Virus record (IMG/VR): IMGVR_UViG_3300047494_000112
Location: 64,001 to 128,000 of that record
Strand: one strand, 5' to 3'
DNA length: 64,000 bases
From: a virus
The notes under the pieces were generated by a model that was not told the origin of the DNA, did no database searches, and worked only from the letters and a program-made list of their open reading frames with translations. A program made the position numbers and the translations under genes. Positions 1-9,337 of this stretch are shown in pieces. The first letter of the stretch is position 1, and each line of letters opens with the position of its first letter.

Positions 1-1652
1 TCTGTTTTGGTATATTGCCGGTCGAGCCTTTGATGGACGGCGAGTTCAGACGTGATAAATTCAGCTTGCTTGGTAAGCTGTGCAAGTTTCTTTTTATTGG
101 ATAATAGCGCTTCTTTTGAAACAGGCACCGAATTATTTTTGGGTAGATCATTTAACTGACGCTGCACACGCTGTAATTCACCTTTCGTATGCAAATGCTC
201 TTCAACATGAACAAGTAGTTGTTTGGCGTCAGTGTACTCTGAATGTAATTCTTCAATACTTGATTCCCTAAAACGTTTGTCTAACTGATTAACTCTTTGG
301 ATCCTGGAATAGTTTTCCAGCACTTCAAGCTGTTGTAGATATTTCGTTTTTTCGGTTTTAGCTTCTGCAATTAGTCTATCAACAGTAGATGAGGATAAAA
401 TCTGATAACAAGTTGGGCATTTTTGTTTCTTTTGTAGTTGAGTAAACTCAGCAATTGTTGAATTGCTAGAAAACAAATTTGAGCTAATAACACTAATAGC
501 TTCATTTATCTTCTCTTCTAAATTATGAATTTTTTCATAGGGCTCTAGTAAGGCTTCTGCTTTAGAAATAATACTATTACGATCTAAATGCCTCCAAGCC
601 AAAATATCTGTTTCATGAATTGGGTATTCTTCTAGCAATAGTAGAGTTTTGTAGGATTGCTCGTATAAATTTTCCTGATCAGCTTCTGTAAAATTTCCGC
701 TCTTTTTTAAGATACGCTTTAAAGCAGTTTTTTCTCGCTCTAATTTGAATCGTTTAAATTTTGCTTCTTCTGCGGCAATTTGTTTACCCCAAGCAATCTG
801 CATTTCTTCAAGATCAGTTTCAATTCTGGTAGTCTCAATGCGTATATTCTTTAGTTCTTTTTTCAAAGTTTCAGAAGATTTTTCGCTCTTTAATGAAGAA
901 AAGAGAGTGACCAAGGAATTGTATTTTTGTAGAGTTGCTCCAATTTTATCTAGTTTATGAACTTTATCTTGTAGTTTGGATGATATAGATTCAAGCTTTA
1001 ATGCCAGTTCTTGCTGCTCTTTAGGAGAAGCTTTAATTTCTTTTTTCTGGCTTACAAGCTTAGGTAATTGCATACGCGCTATTTTTTGTTGATTGGCTAT
1101 TCGTAGCAATTTTTTATTAATCACGTCATAGATACGGAGATTAAAAATTGACTCTATATAGTCATATCTAGCTGAAGAGCTCCCAATTTGAAGCACTGAA
1201 GGTCTAAAGGAATGAATATAGAGAAAAGAGTAGATATGGTCTGAATTTAGCTTTAGTAGCTTTTGAATCGTTTTACGCTGGTCATCAATCTTCATGACCT
1301 TTTGAGCTTTACCGTTGATCTTTATCTGGTAATCTAATTTCTTGTCGTATTTTTGAGTAATGACAAATTTGTTTTTGCCAGATGATCCATATAGAGTTGC
1401 TGAGCCTTTTTGAGGTACAATTTCTTTGGCTGAATTTTTCTTGGTTGAAAATGGAGGTTGAGCGAGCCATAAACCAATTAGAGCGTTGAACAGCATAGAT
1501 TTTCCGGCACGATTTCCGGAATATTTTTTACCTGATTTAATTGCATCTAAATTGATGCCTCGAACAACCCACAAAGGTGCAGAAGAGATGCTCCAAGAAA
1601 ATTCCTGATATAGATGATATCGTTTCAATTCAAATTTATCTAGCTTTATCAA
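1..1652 (-). CDS. SbcC/Rad50/T4 gp46-like recombination ATPase (C-terminus runs off the left edge)
   Basis: Not in ORF track. Translated by hand from TTG at 1652: LIKLDKFELKRYHLYQEFSWS...SGNRAGKSMLFNAL (Walker A), long coiled coil, and an in-frame QKCPTCYQ zinc hook near 400-425. Confidence 0.85.
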   Translation of the reverse strand, partial: MIKLDKFELKRYHLYQEFSWSISSAPLWVVRGINLDAIKSGKKYSGNRAGKSMLFNALIGLWLAQPPFSTKKNSAKEIVPQKGSATLYGSSGKNKFVITQKYDKKLDYQIKINGKAQKVMKIDDQRKTIQKLLKLNSDHIYSFLYIHSFRPSVLQIGSSSARYDYIESIFNLRIYDVINKKLLRIANQQKIARMQLPKLVSQKKEIKASPKEQQELALKLESISSKLQDKVHKLDKIGATLQKYNSLVTLFSSLKSEKSSETLKKELKNIRIETTRIETDLEEMQIAWGKQIAAEEAKFKRFKLEREKTALKRILKKSGNFTEADQENLYEQSYKTLLLLEEYPIHETDILAWRHLDRNSIISKAEALLEPYEKIHNLEEKINEAISVISSNLFSSNSTIAEFTQLQKKQKCPTCYQILSSSTVDRLIAEAKTEKTKYLQQLEVLENYSRIQRVNQLDKRFRESSIEELHSEYTDAKQLLVHVEEHLHTKGELQRVQRQLNDLPKNNSVPVSKEALLSNKKKLAQLTKQAEFITSELAVHQRLDRQYTKT

Positions 1653-1750
1653 CTTGCCCTCAATAATTATTGATTTGTAGAATACCTAAACCGTAAAAAA
1701 TTCCGTACACAATTACAAAACCTAACAAGACATAGAAAAGGATTTTAATA

Positions 1751-2068
1751 TTAGTCATCTGTATTTACCCATTTCCAAAAGCTTAGTAAAAAATAAACAA
1801 TTGCAATAAAAGCTTGTATAAAAAGAGGCGAAAATAAAATGATAATACTTATCAAACACGCTGTTTGTGCAGCTTGTGACCCTGGAGTTGTAAAAATAAA
1901 TGTGGCTATTAGAATTAGTCCTAAAGCTATTAGCCAAAAAGAGATAAAACGTTTTGTTACCTTTGACATTTTGACTTCCTTATATGCTATGTAGTCGATT
2001 AATAATTTCATCATGCACCTTCTTTTTGTGCTCATAGTCAGCAGGTAAGCAAGTTTTATGCTTTGCAT
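1751..2068 (-). CDS. small membrane protein, hypothetical (true start may be MSKVTK)
   Basis: ORF track; two hydrophobic segments; in line with neighbouring minus-strand genes. Confidence 0.5.
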   Translation of the reverse strand: MQSIKLAYLLTMSTKRRCMMKLLIDYIAYKEVKMSKVTKRFISFWLIALGLILIATFIFTTPGSQAAQTACLISIIILFSPLFIQAFIAIVYFLLSFWKWVNTDD

Positions 2069-2167
2069 TGCCTAGATAAAAGTATAGAGAAGCTAAAGCT
2101 TTTATGCTATACAACGGGCTTTGGTAATGCAGGTATAGAACATGCTTTTTAGCGTTTGTCATCAGTA

Positions 2168-2926
2168 TTAACTTTTTTCATCTTGTTCTTCATGTTTTTT
2201 AATCTGAGTATCTGAATAGATACTTAAAGTTTCAAAGAGATCATAAATATCTAGAGTAACTGTTGCTTCTTGCAACAAGTATCTTGAAGTTGCAATATCT
2301 TTGCATCTTGCCAAGGTTACCTTAATATCCAAATCTTTTAGTTCTTTAATTGTAGGAATAAGCTCAGGATCTCTGCTAAGAATTAAAGCTTGTTGGATAT
2401 CAGGATTATCATAAGCTTCTCTCAAAGCTATAATTGTCATGTCTACAGCTACACTTTTATAAACAGATTTGTTAATGTTTGTCTCAGTCGATCTAGGTAA
2501 ATTTTTAACAATCACTTCACAGCCTTCAATGCTGCTAATGTAATGCAAAAATCTGGTAATTGAATCTTGATCCTGATTGGCTGAGAAATAGTGAAGGGTT
2601 TTTGCATAAGGAAAAATTGCTTCTCGAAATTTTCGATAATCAATGTACTTTTTTGCAAAATATACAGCGGCGGAATGAGCAAAGGTGCCATCGACTAAGA
2701 CCATTAAGGTCTTCTTATCTTCCTGAATATGCTCAATTGTATTAAGCCAATTTTTAACCGATAGCTTATTTATTCCAAATTCACCCTCTCGCTGTTCTTT
2801 AAAAACTTCTCTCCTAACAGGCCAGCTTTCTTTTTGAAAAGTCTGAGCTTCAGTATCATGCTTTAGATTTTCTTCGGTAGTATCAATTACTTTTGATTCA
2901 ACTTTTACTTCAATAGTCATTTTCAA
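2168..2926 (-). CDS. NYN (LabA/DUF88, PIN-like) domain protein
   Basis: Motifs VLVDGT, KSVAVDMTI, ALILSRDPELIPTIKELKDLDIKVTL match the NYN pattern (DG...VD...SGD.DF...L...G..V). Confidence 0.7.
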   Translation of the reverse strand: MKMTIEVKVESKVIDTTEENLKHDTEAQTFQKESWPVRREVFKEQREGEFGINKLSVKNWLNTIEHIQEDKKTLMVLVDGTFAHSAAVYFAKKYIDYRKFREAIFPYAKTLHYFSANQDQDSITRFLHYISSIEGCEVIVKNLPRSTETNINKSVYKSVAVDMTIIALREAYDNPDIQQALILSRDPELIPTIKELKDLDIKVTLARCKDIATSRYLLQEATVTLDIYDLFETLSIYSDTQIKKHEEQDEKS

Positions 2927-2932
2927 ACCTCA

Positions 2933-3124
2933 TTATTCAGTATCTTTTTTAGTCCAAGCTTCAAGATCAGCATTTTCAGCACATTCTATTAGGTGCTCTA
3001 CAATGTACCTATTTACTGATATGCCTTTTTGTTTTGCATAAAAAGAAATCCGATCACTTAACACTTTTGGCATACGAAGAGTATATTTTGCCTTTTCTCT
3101 CATTTTCACACCTATATTATTCAA
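2933..3124 (-). CDS. Arc/HicB-like ribbon-helix-helix DNA-binding protein
   Basis: KYTLRMPKVLSDRISFYAKQKGISVNRYI is a typical RHH signature. Confidence 0.75.
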   Translation of the reverse strand: MNNIGVKMREKAKYTLRMPKVLSDRISFYAKQKGISVNRYIVEHLIECAENADLEAWTKKDTE

Positions 3125-3345
3125 TTGTATTCGTCATCAAAATTGCAAGAGAAAACCTCTTGTTTACCGCACTTAGAGCACTCACAAATATCTTGGTCAT
3201 CGTACGTATGACAACAGTCTACTACCCGCCAATTGTGATTGTGTGGCCCAATATCAATTTCTTTATCGTACATTGTATATTTGTTTTTAACTCTAGCTTC
3301 AGCAGCCATCATAATTTCTCTCATCAAAAGACTCTTCATCTGCAT
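3121..3345 (-). CDS. hypothetical protein with Cys cluster
   Basis: ORF track; HNW...CECSKCG; 4-bp overlap with the next gene. Confidence 0.55.
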   Translation of the reverse strand: MQMKSLLMREIMMAAEARVKNKYTMYDKEIDIGPHNHNWRVVDCCHTYDDQDICECSKCGKQEVFSCNFDDEYN

Positions 3346-3589
3346 TTGGATTTTTTGACCAAATGCCTAAACCTGAATTATCTCGAACAACTAGATCGTT
3401 ATCTCGGATATGATCACCTGTATTAAAGACGCTGATGCAATAGTGTGGATTACATAGGTGATTGCGAATGTCAAAAACAGCCTCAATTTCTCCTTCCATT
3501 GCTTTGAAATCTTTGCCGTATTCTTGATGAATAATCCAAACTCTATCACCTACATGCCATCGTTGTTTTTTAATAGGCCAAGCTATCAT
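3299..3589 (-). CDS. hypothetical protein (KOW/SH3-like N-terminus)
   Basis: WHVGDRVWII...GEIEAV pattern. Confidence 0.5.
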   Translation of the reverse strand: MIAWPIKKQRWHVGDRVWIIHQEYGKDFKAMEGEIEAVFDIRNHLCNPHYCISVFNTGDHIRDNDLVVRDNSGLGIWSKNPNADEESFDERNYDGC

Positions 3590-3726
3590 TTCTTCCGTCT
3601 CTTTCTATACCAGTTGTACATTGATCTAATTTCAGTACCTAGACAAAAACAAAAAGCAATTATCAGCACGTCTTCAAAGGTCACTACACTAACCTGCGTC
3701 AAACATTGCGTTACCGTTTGCCATAT

Positions 3727-4785
3727 TTACTTTTCTTCTCCTGTTAATGCTAGTAGTTTTGCCATTATCAAATCTTGTTCTGGAACCAAAAACGTTGCTA
3801 GTTCTTTTTTTATTCCAACCAATACCTCATGCACCTTTACAATCTTTTTCAAAGGTATTTTATCAACACTTACAGCATCCAACAATTTTTTTCTAGCTTC
3901 ATTTTGCCAGCCATCAATTTCAACTTTTGTGTCTAATAAAAAACCGTTATGAAATAACAGATACATGCCAACAGAAATATATTCATTCGCCTTCAATTTC
4001 CGTACTGAGGTAATTATTCCTTTTGGTCTATTGCTATAGACACAAGCAAGCATTTTAGCTGCAAGCATATCTATGCCAGCGCCATAAGATTCTAAAGCTT
4101 GTGCCAAGGCAAGCTTCAAGTTTTTACCACAACCATGATATGCCATAATAGTGCTCTGCAAAAGCCCAATTGCTGATCTAGGCTCAGCATAAGCATTTCG
4201 CGCTATTGAAAGCAAAGTTTTATCGTTTATAAAATCAACTTTTTCTTTTTTGCAAATGTGTCTTAATCTAGGCACCAAATCTTCCGGTTCTAAACCTCTA
4301 AGAGTTAAATGAAGAGAACGCCCTACAATTGTTTTTAGTAATTTTTCAGGTTCATTTGTCACTAATATCCAAACTGTATTTCGCAGCGGTTTTTCCAAAG
4401 GCTTTAGTAAAGCTGAAGCCGCTGCTGTAGACAACCGCTGTACTTCATCTAAAATAATGACACGAAAATTTGCTTTTGGCTTAAATTGAGCCAATCGAAT
4501 TAATTTTTCAATGTCCTCTTTGTTACCCTCTGCACCGATATTATGATCTAATATATCAGTTGTTGCTGTACCATAAGGTAACTCGTTAATTAGATAGGAT
4601 ATTAGATACGCTAATGTGGATTTCCCTAAACCGGTTTGACCTGAGATTAATATTGTGCTAGGTACTTGCTTGCTTTTTAAAAAACCTTTGATAATTGATA
4701 CAACATTTGGTTGCCCTACAACATCTTCTAAGGTTTGTGGCCTATATTTTTCAGCTAATTGAATTGCGGATCCAAAATCATTCAT
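3727..4785 (-). CDS. DnaX (Pol III gamma/tau)-like clamp loader AAA+ ATPase
   Basis: LAEKYRPQTLEDVVGQ, Walker A GQTGLGKST, Walker B IILDEVQ, ALLKPLEKP. Confidence 0.9.
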   Translation of the reverse strand: MNDFGSAIQLAEKYRPQTLEDVVGQPNVVSIIKGFLKSKQVPSTILISGQTGLGKSTLAYLISYLINELPYGTATTDILDHNIGAEGNKEDIEKLIRLAQFKPKANFRVIILDEVQRLSTAAASALLKPLEKPLRNTVWILVTNEPEKLLKTIVGRSLHLTLRGLEPEDLVPRLRHICKKEKVDFINDKTLLSIARNAYAEPRSAIGLLQSTIMAYHGCGKNLKLALAQALESYGAGIDMLAAKMLACVYSNRPKGIITSVRKLKANEYISVGMYLLFHNGFLLDTKVEIDGWQNEARKKLLDAVSVDKIPLKKIVKVHEVLVGIKKELATFLVPEQDLIMAKLLALTGEEK

Positions 4786-4878
4786 TGGTTTTACTACTCT
4801 TTCAAAATTCTGACAACTCTTTAGCTTGACATTGAATAGTTAGCATTTAGGTTAAAATCTGACTTGCCAAAAATAGCC

Positions 4879-4914
4879 ATCTATAGAGTTGGTAATTTTA
4901 CCAACTCTATAGAT
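4879..4914. terminator. perfect 17-bp inverted repeat (terminator and/or promoter site)
   Basis: ATCTATAGAGTTGGTAA-TT-TTACCAACTCTATAGAT between the glycosidase and clamp loader genes; contains TTGGTAAAA on the minus strand. Confidence 0.65.
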
Positions 4915-4925
4915 TTTAATCTTTG

Positions 4926-6503
4926 TTATTGCTTAATGATAAAGATCAATGGATGATCAGTTTCATCAACTGGAATGTTACCTGTTGTTGAGGTTTTTAC
5001 AGGAACGGTTCCCATTGTTGGATCATATTCTGTAATCAAAGATGCACCGTTCCCGTAGAGATGAGAATAGTCATGTGTGATCGGATTAACTGATCCAGTT
5101 CCAGGGTAGTTGGCGTTGCTACAAAGTTGTGTTTCACGCCAAATGATGACCATCTCTTGAGTTGGTGAGAACTCAAAAGTTTCAGCATAGGTGTGAGAAT
5201 CCGCTGCTGAAAGAGTCCAGCTTTGTGGAATAGGTGTTGTGATGGTTGCACCTGTAGTCCAAGGCATTGTACTATTAAGAATAATGTTAAAGTTATGAAT
5301 GTACAAAGCCTCTGTTGTAAGTTGATTGTTGTTATCAAAGATGCCAAAATTGTCGCTGGGATTATCAGCAGCAGCATCATGAATTAGCTTGTAGGCAAAC
5401 ATGTGGTGAATGCCTAAGCTTGCACCATCCAACCAATAGTCTAATTGCTGTTTACCTGCAATATCTGCTGTAACATTGGAGGGATAATTGTAGTCACAAA
5501 GATAATTTGATCCAATTGGATAACCTTCTTCTGTAGCATAAGCAGGTTCATCAGCAGCAGTAAATGTAAAGGGAACACCATCTACATAGTAGGTACCACC
5601 ATTTTCATTTTTATATGCTTTTGATTTAGAAACCCAATACATTGGAGGGCTGCCGTTTTGAGCATAAGGGTGTTGATTGTCAGCAAAAGCAACAACTGAC
5701 GGACTTGGATAATTTGTGCCTACATAGGGGTAAGGATCAGGTAGAAAGGTTTCTTGGTTAGCGCCCCATCCAGTATAATATACTGTCTGAATGCCCGAAT
5801 AATAAAAGTTGTCTTGTCCAGTATAGTGCTGAGCAAGTGTTAGCATAACAGCATTTGCAGCATTAATCTCGTCATTAAAAACACACGATTTTGGTGTTTT
5901 CCACTGGTTACCTGGACCGTTGGTAACACAACTGGTACCGTATTCAGTCCCAGCAACTATACCTTGCGGTGGTATTCCAAAATTCGGATTTGAGATTGTA
6001 GCAGTATACCGAATTGGGAAATTATCAATTTCATTTGGACCTTCAACGGCAAGTACCGATCCAGGACACGCCGCATTAATTTTATCAATTGTTGCCATAC
6101 GATATGGCAGTGGATAAGATCCATTTGTAAGATCTGCTGTAAGATAACTATTTGAACTTGCAATTAGCATAACCAATTGGTTTGGAGTGGTTGTTCCGCT
6201 CCCACCATAATTGCAAGCAATCTGCTCAAATGTTAAATTTGCAGCATCGGTACCAGTTATATCTGCATCTCTAATTTTGTGAATCCCAAGATAATTTAGA
6301 TCCGCAACCACATTGGATACTGTCCACAATGAATTGTTGGTACCTGCCATTTGTGTAGTCACACCTTCTGAATCCATTAGTCCGTACACAGAATAAACAG
6401 GTGCGTTTTTACTTAAAATTTGAACTGTCCCTGTTTGTGCATTGGCATTAAACACAACCAGAAAACAGGAAGCTAGTACTCCTAATATAAAATGTTTCAT
6501 CAC
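4926..6503 (-). CDS. secreted clan GH-A-like glycoside hydrolase
   Basis: Signal peptide MMKHFILGVLASCFLVVFNANA; putative acid/base EGPNE and nucleophile ATEEG motifs; LGIHKIRD segment. Confidence 0.65.
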   Translation of the reverse strand: MMKHFILGVLASCFLVVFNANAQTGTVQILSKNAPVYSVYGLMDSEGVTTQMAGTNNSLWTVSNVVADLNYLGIHKIRDADITGTDAANLTFEQIACNYGGSGTTTPNQLVMLIASSNSYLTADLTNGSYPLPYRMATIDKINAACPGSVLAVEGPNEIDNFPIRYTATISNPNFGIPPQGIVAGTEYGTSCVTNGPGNQWKTPKSCVFNDEINAANAVMLTLAQHYTGQDNFYYSGIQTVYYTGWGANQETFLPDPYPYVGTNYPSPSVVAFADNQHPYAQNGSPPMYWVSKSKAYKNENGGTYYVDGVPFTFTAADEPAYATEEGYPIGSNYLCDYNYPSNVTADIAGKQQLDYWLDGASLGIHHMFAYKLIHDAAADNPSDNFGIFDNNNQLTTEALYIHNFNIILNSTMPWTTGATITTPIPQSWTLSAADSHTYAETFEFSPTQEMVIIWRETQLCSNANYPGTGSVNPITHDYSHLYGNGASLITEYDPTMGTVPVKTSTTGNIPVDETDHPLIFIIKQ

Positions 6504-6601
6504 AAACTCCTTTTTAAAACTAAAATAAAGGTCTAGTTCAAAACCTTTCGCAAAAGTCTATAAAAGATTTTCGCAAACTCTTAAAGTCATTACCTTACTA
6601 G

Positions 6602-7960
6602 TTATTTTACCAAAGTCATTCTAAGTTTTTCCTTCTCAGATTCATTAATCTTATGAAACGCAATCTGTATCAAAGACTCTTGAAATTGTGCTGGAGTCAT
6701 GCCTTCGCCCTGTTTAACGGCCAATTCAATTTCTTCTGGCCAGTCACAAAGAGTAACCTGCGCCATTTTTCTTCTATTTGGCTCAGACATTGCACCCATG
6801 TATATGACAGTATCTACACGGCCTGGTCTAGTTGAAAGAGTTTCACCATTCTTGCTAATGCCTATAGCAGGATCAATTTTGTCTAAATTATTTGTGGTAA
6901 TTATCAAAAATATTCCGTCTTGTACCTCAACGCCTGAGATAGAATTTAGAATATTATCAAAGCTCAAATCCTTACTCTTACTTAGATTCCTTCTGCCATC
7001 AAAAACAGCATCAAAATCTTCAAACAAAGCAATGCAAGGTGTAAACATTTGCTCCCAAAATTTAGTAAACTCCTGATCTGACATTGTGTTCAAGTGAAAT
7101 CTATAAATCATTATTCCCATGTCTTGAGCCAACGCGCGAACCAAAGTAGATTTGCCACAGCCTCCGGGACCATGTAAAAGCCAGCCTCTACGCCAAGGTA
7201 TCTTTCTTTTAGAATACCATTGTTCCATTGCAAGCCACTCTTTTGCTTGATGAAGGTAAGGAATGACCTCAGGTTCTAGGTACATGTGAGAGAAAGCTGA
7301 ATCTTTTTTAATTGTATATTGATCTTTTGTATAAAGAAATGAGCCTTTAATGTTAAAAGACAGATCCTTTTCCCAATCCAAATATTCACTAGGGCTATTA
7401 GTTGAACCTTTTGGAACAATCGAATCGTTGTCACCTTCATTAGAAATTTTATCTCTATTATATGAAATGTCTCTGCCAATTTGGTTTTTTACTCCAAAGC
7501 CATTACGGTTAGAGTAATCAAAAGTTTGCCTATATAGCTCTTCTTTTTTCAATTGTTTTTCGTGAGATTCTTGAATCAGTCTCTCAAAATTGAAACCTCT
7601 AATAGCTGTAAGGTTAATGTTATAACCTGAGTATTTTACAAATAGAAATCTAAAGCCCTTGTAGTTTAATCCTTCCACTCGTGAAATTTTAAAAGGTACG
7701 GTTCTATGCCTGGATCCTTCTTGATTTGAATTAAATTCAAGATAATTTGCGCTATATTCTTTTGTTATAGGTGGCAATCTTTTCCATTCTGTAAACAAAT
7801 GTTCTACTAGATCTGTGGCTAGTCCTGAACCAGGGTGTATAATGCCTCTAGACAAAATTATGCCTGAAACTCTGTTATAGATATCTTTGATATGGCTCCA
7901 GACAGTACCTATAACTGCTAATGCTCCTCCGCCTAGCATTAGTTTTGTAACATCAATCAT
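6602..7960 (-). CDS. BCS1-like membrane-anchored AAA ATPase
   Basis: N-terminal TM helix; WRRGWLLHGPGGCGKS, LFEDFD, LSFDNILNSISGV, TTNNLDKIDPA, RPGRVD. Confidence 0.85.
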   Translation of the reverse strand: MIDVTKLMLGGGALAVIGTVWSHIKDIYNRVSGIILSRGIIHPGSGLATDLVEHLFTEWKRLPPITKEYSANYLEFNSNQEGSRHRTVPFKISRVEGLNYKGFRFLFVKYSGYNINLTAIRGFNFERLIQESHEKQLKKEELYRQTFDYSNRNGFGVKNQIGRDISYNRDKISNEGDNDSIVPKGSTNSPSEYLDWEKDLSFNIKGSFLYTKDQYTIKKDSAFSHMYLEPEVIPYLHQAKEWLAMEQWYSKRKIPWRRGWLLHGPGGCGKSTLVRALAQDMGIMIYRFHLNTMSDQEFTKFWEQMFTPCIALFEDFDAVFDGRRNLSKSKDLSFDNILNSISGVEVQDGIFLIITTNNLDKIDPAIGISKNGETLSTRPGRVDTVIYMGAMSEPNRRKMAQVTLCDWPEEIELAVKQGEGMTPAQFQESLIQIAFHKINESEKEKLRMTLVK

Positions 7961-8473
7961 TTAAACCCCTTCAACTTTATAATTTAACAAAGCTTCATGC
8001 AGCATGATACGCGCTGGAAAATATCTGGTTTTCCAGAAATTTATAATCTTTTGAGTAAGTGGCTTTGCTCTAAAAGGGTCTCCATTATCATAGTTATCAG
8101 CTAATTTTACTTTGATAGCAGAAATGTTGCCTGAGTCAATAATGTCTTGCACGTACTCAAGATACGGACGTTCATCATCTTTTTTGTGTGTGAGTAACAC
8201 AACGATTTCAACCGTCTTTGGAGAAAAGCCTTTTATTAACAAATCAACAGCTGTAATGTCTGTGTCTTCAATAATGTCGTGCAGCCACGCTGCACACAAT
8301 TCGTCATCAGACGTTGAGTCAGGCCAAGCAGATATAACATAATTAAACACTCTATTAAGATGCTCAAAGTAAGGTCTGCCTGAAAGGTCAAGCTGACCTT
8401 CATGCTTAAACCTTGCTAATTCTTGAGCATCGTAATATTTCATTGGATGACCAGCCTTCTTTTCATTACTCAT
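7961..8473 (-). CDS. HD-domain hydrolase, RelA/SpoT-hydrolase (Mesh1/SAH)-like
   Basis: RPYFEHLNRV, AAWLHDIIEDT, VKLADNYDN. Confidence 0.8.
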   Translation of the reverse strand: MSNEKKAGHPMKYYDAQELARFKHEGQLDLSGRPYFEHLNRVFNYVISAWPDSTSDDELCAAWLHDIIEDTDITAVDLLIKGFSPKTVEIVVLLTHKKDDERPYLEYVQDIIDSGNISAIKVKLADNYDNGDPFRAKPLTQKIINFWKTRYFPARIMLHEALLNYKVEGV

Positions 8474-8482
8474 TGCTATCTC

Positions 8483-8827
8483 CTATTGTTCATCTGGTTC
8501 TGGCTCATAATTTGTGAAAAGCTTAGCTTCTTTTAGCATATACACGTGAGGAAAATCGTAGTAAGGTAGGCCTTTGATTATCGACAAATATCTATCTTCG
8601 TCTATCAATTCTACATCAGGAGTCATTACCCAAATTTTTGGAATCATGCCATATTTGTGTGCTAGGTATAACCTATGGGAGCCTTCAAGAGCAAAGAATT
8701 GCTTTTTATAATCACCATAACCTATTACTCGAATTGTAGGTTCGCCAGCTAATTCCATTTCGTCAAACACCTTGCCTAGATTTCCATCCTCATAAGGCAA
8801 GTGCTTTGCATATATTCTAACTGTCAT
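8483..8827 (-). CDS. ParB/Srx-like small protein
   Basis: FALEGSHRL resembles the ParB-N (D/E)GxHR motif. Confidence 0.45.
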   Translation of the reverse strand: MTVRIYAKHLPYEDGNLGKVFDEMELAGEPTIRVIGYGDYKKQFFALEGSHRLYLAHKYGMIPKIWVMTPDVELIDEDRYLSIIKGLPYYDFPHVYMLKEAKLFTNYEPEPDEQ

Positions 8828-9337
8828 TTAGGTGAGTCTCCATTCCAAATAGTTACTCTGTCATCGGTGTAGAAAGTACGTTTGATTTCTCTATCACCAG
8901 ATTTTACCTGCATAGTCACATCTAGCTTACCCGGCTTGGTACTCAGCGAAATATGAGTAATCCAGTATAGAACCCATTCCCATCTAGAGTTACCGTAATA
9001 TTTATCATAGACATTATCTTGGCTAGCAATAGCATCTCCTACTTTTAGGTTTATTACTAAACGACTAGTTTCCATTTTTAGTCCCCAGCAATTTGCACGT
9101 AATAGGTATCCAGATATACACGTTTTTGCATTGCTATTCTTTCTTTAGCTTCATTAATTTCATACCTCCACAATGTTCTACATCTGAACAGTGTGAAAAG
9201 CCTGAAGCCCTACAACTAGGGCAGTATAGCCCTGAAGGATTATCACTTTCAGGAGCATTAGGTTCTAATTTAAGGTCTTCGATGTAGCTTTTTGTTTTGA
9301 GCACAAAATTAATCCTTAAACGGGTCAAACTCCCCAC
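8824..9337 (-). other. two short hypothetical ORFs (8824-9075, 9134-9337)
   Basis: ORF track; tile the minus-strand operon. Confidence 0.5.

Noticed and set aside
80-960. Plus-strand ORFs 80-271 and 745-960
   Set aside because: Antisense to the SbcC/gp46-like gene, which the ORF track missed because it runs off the window edge.
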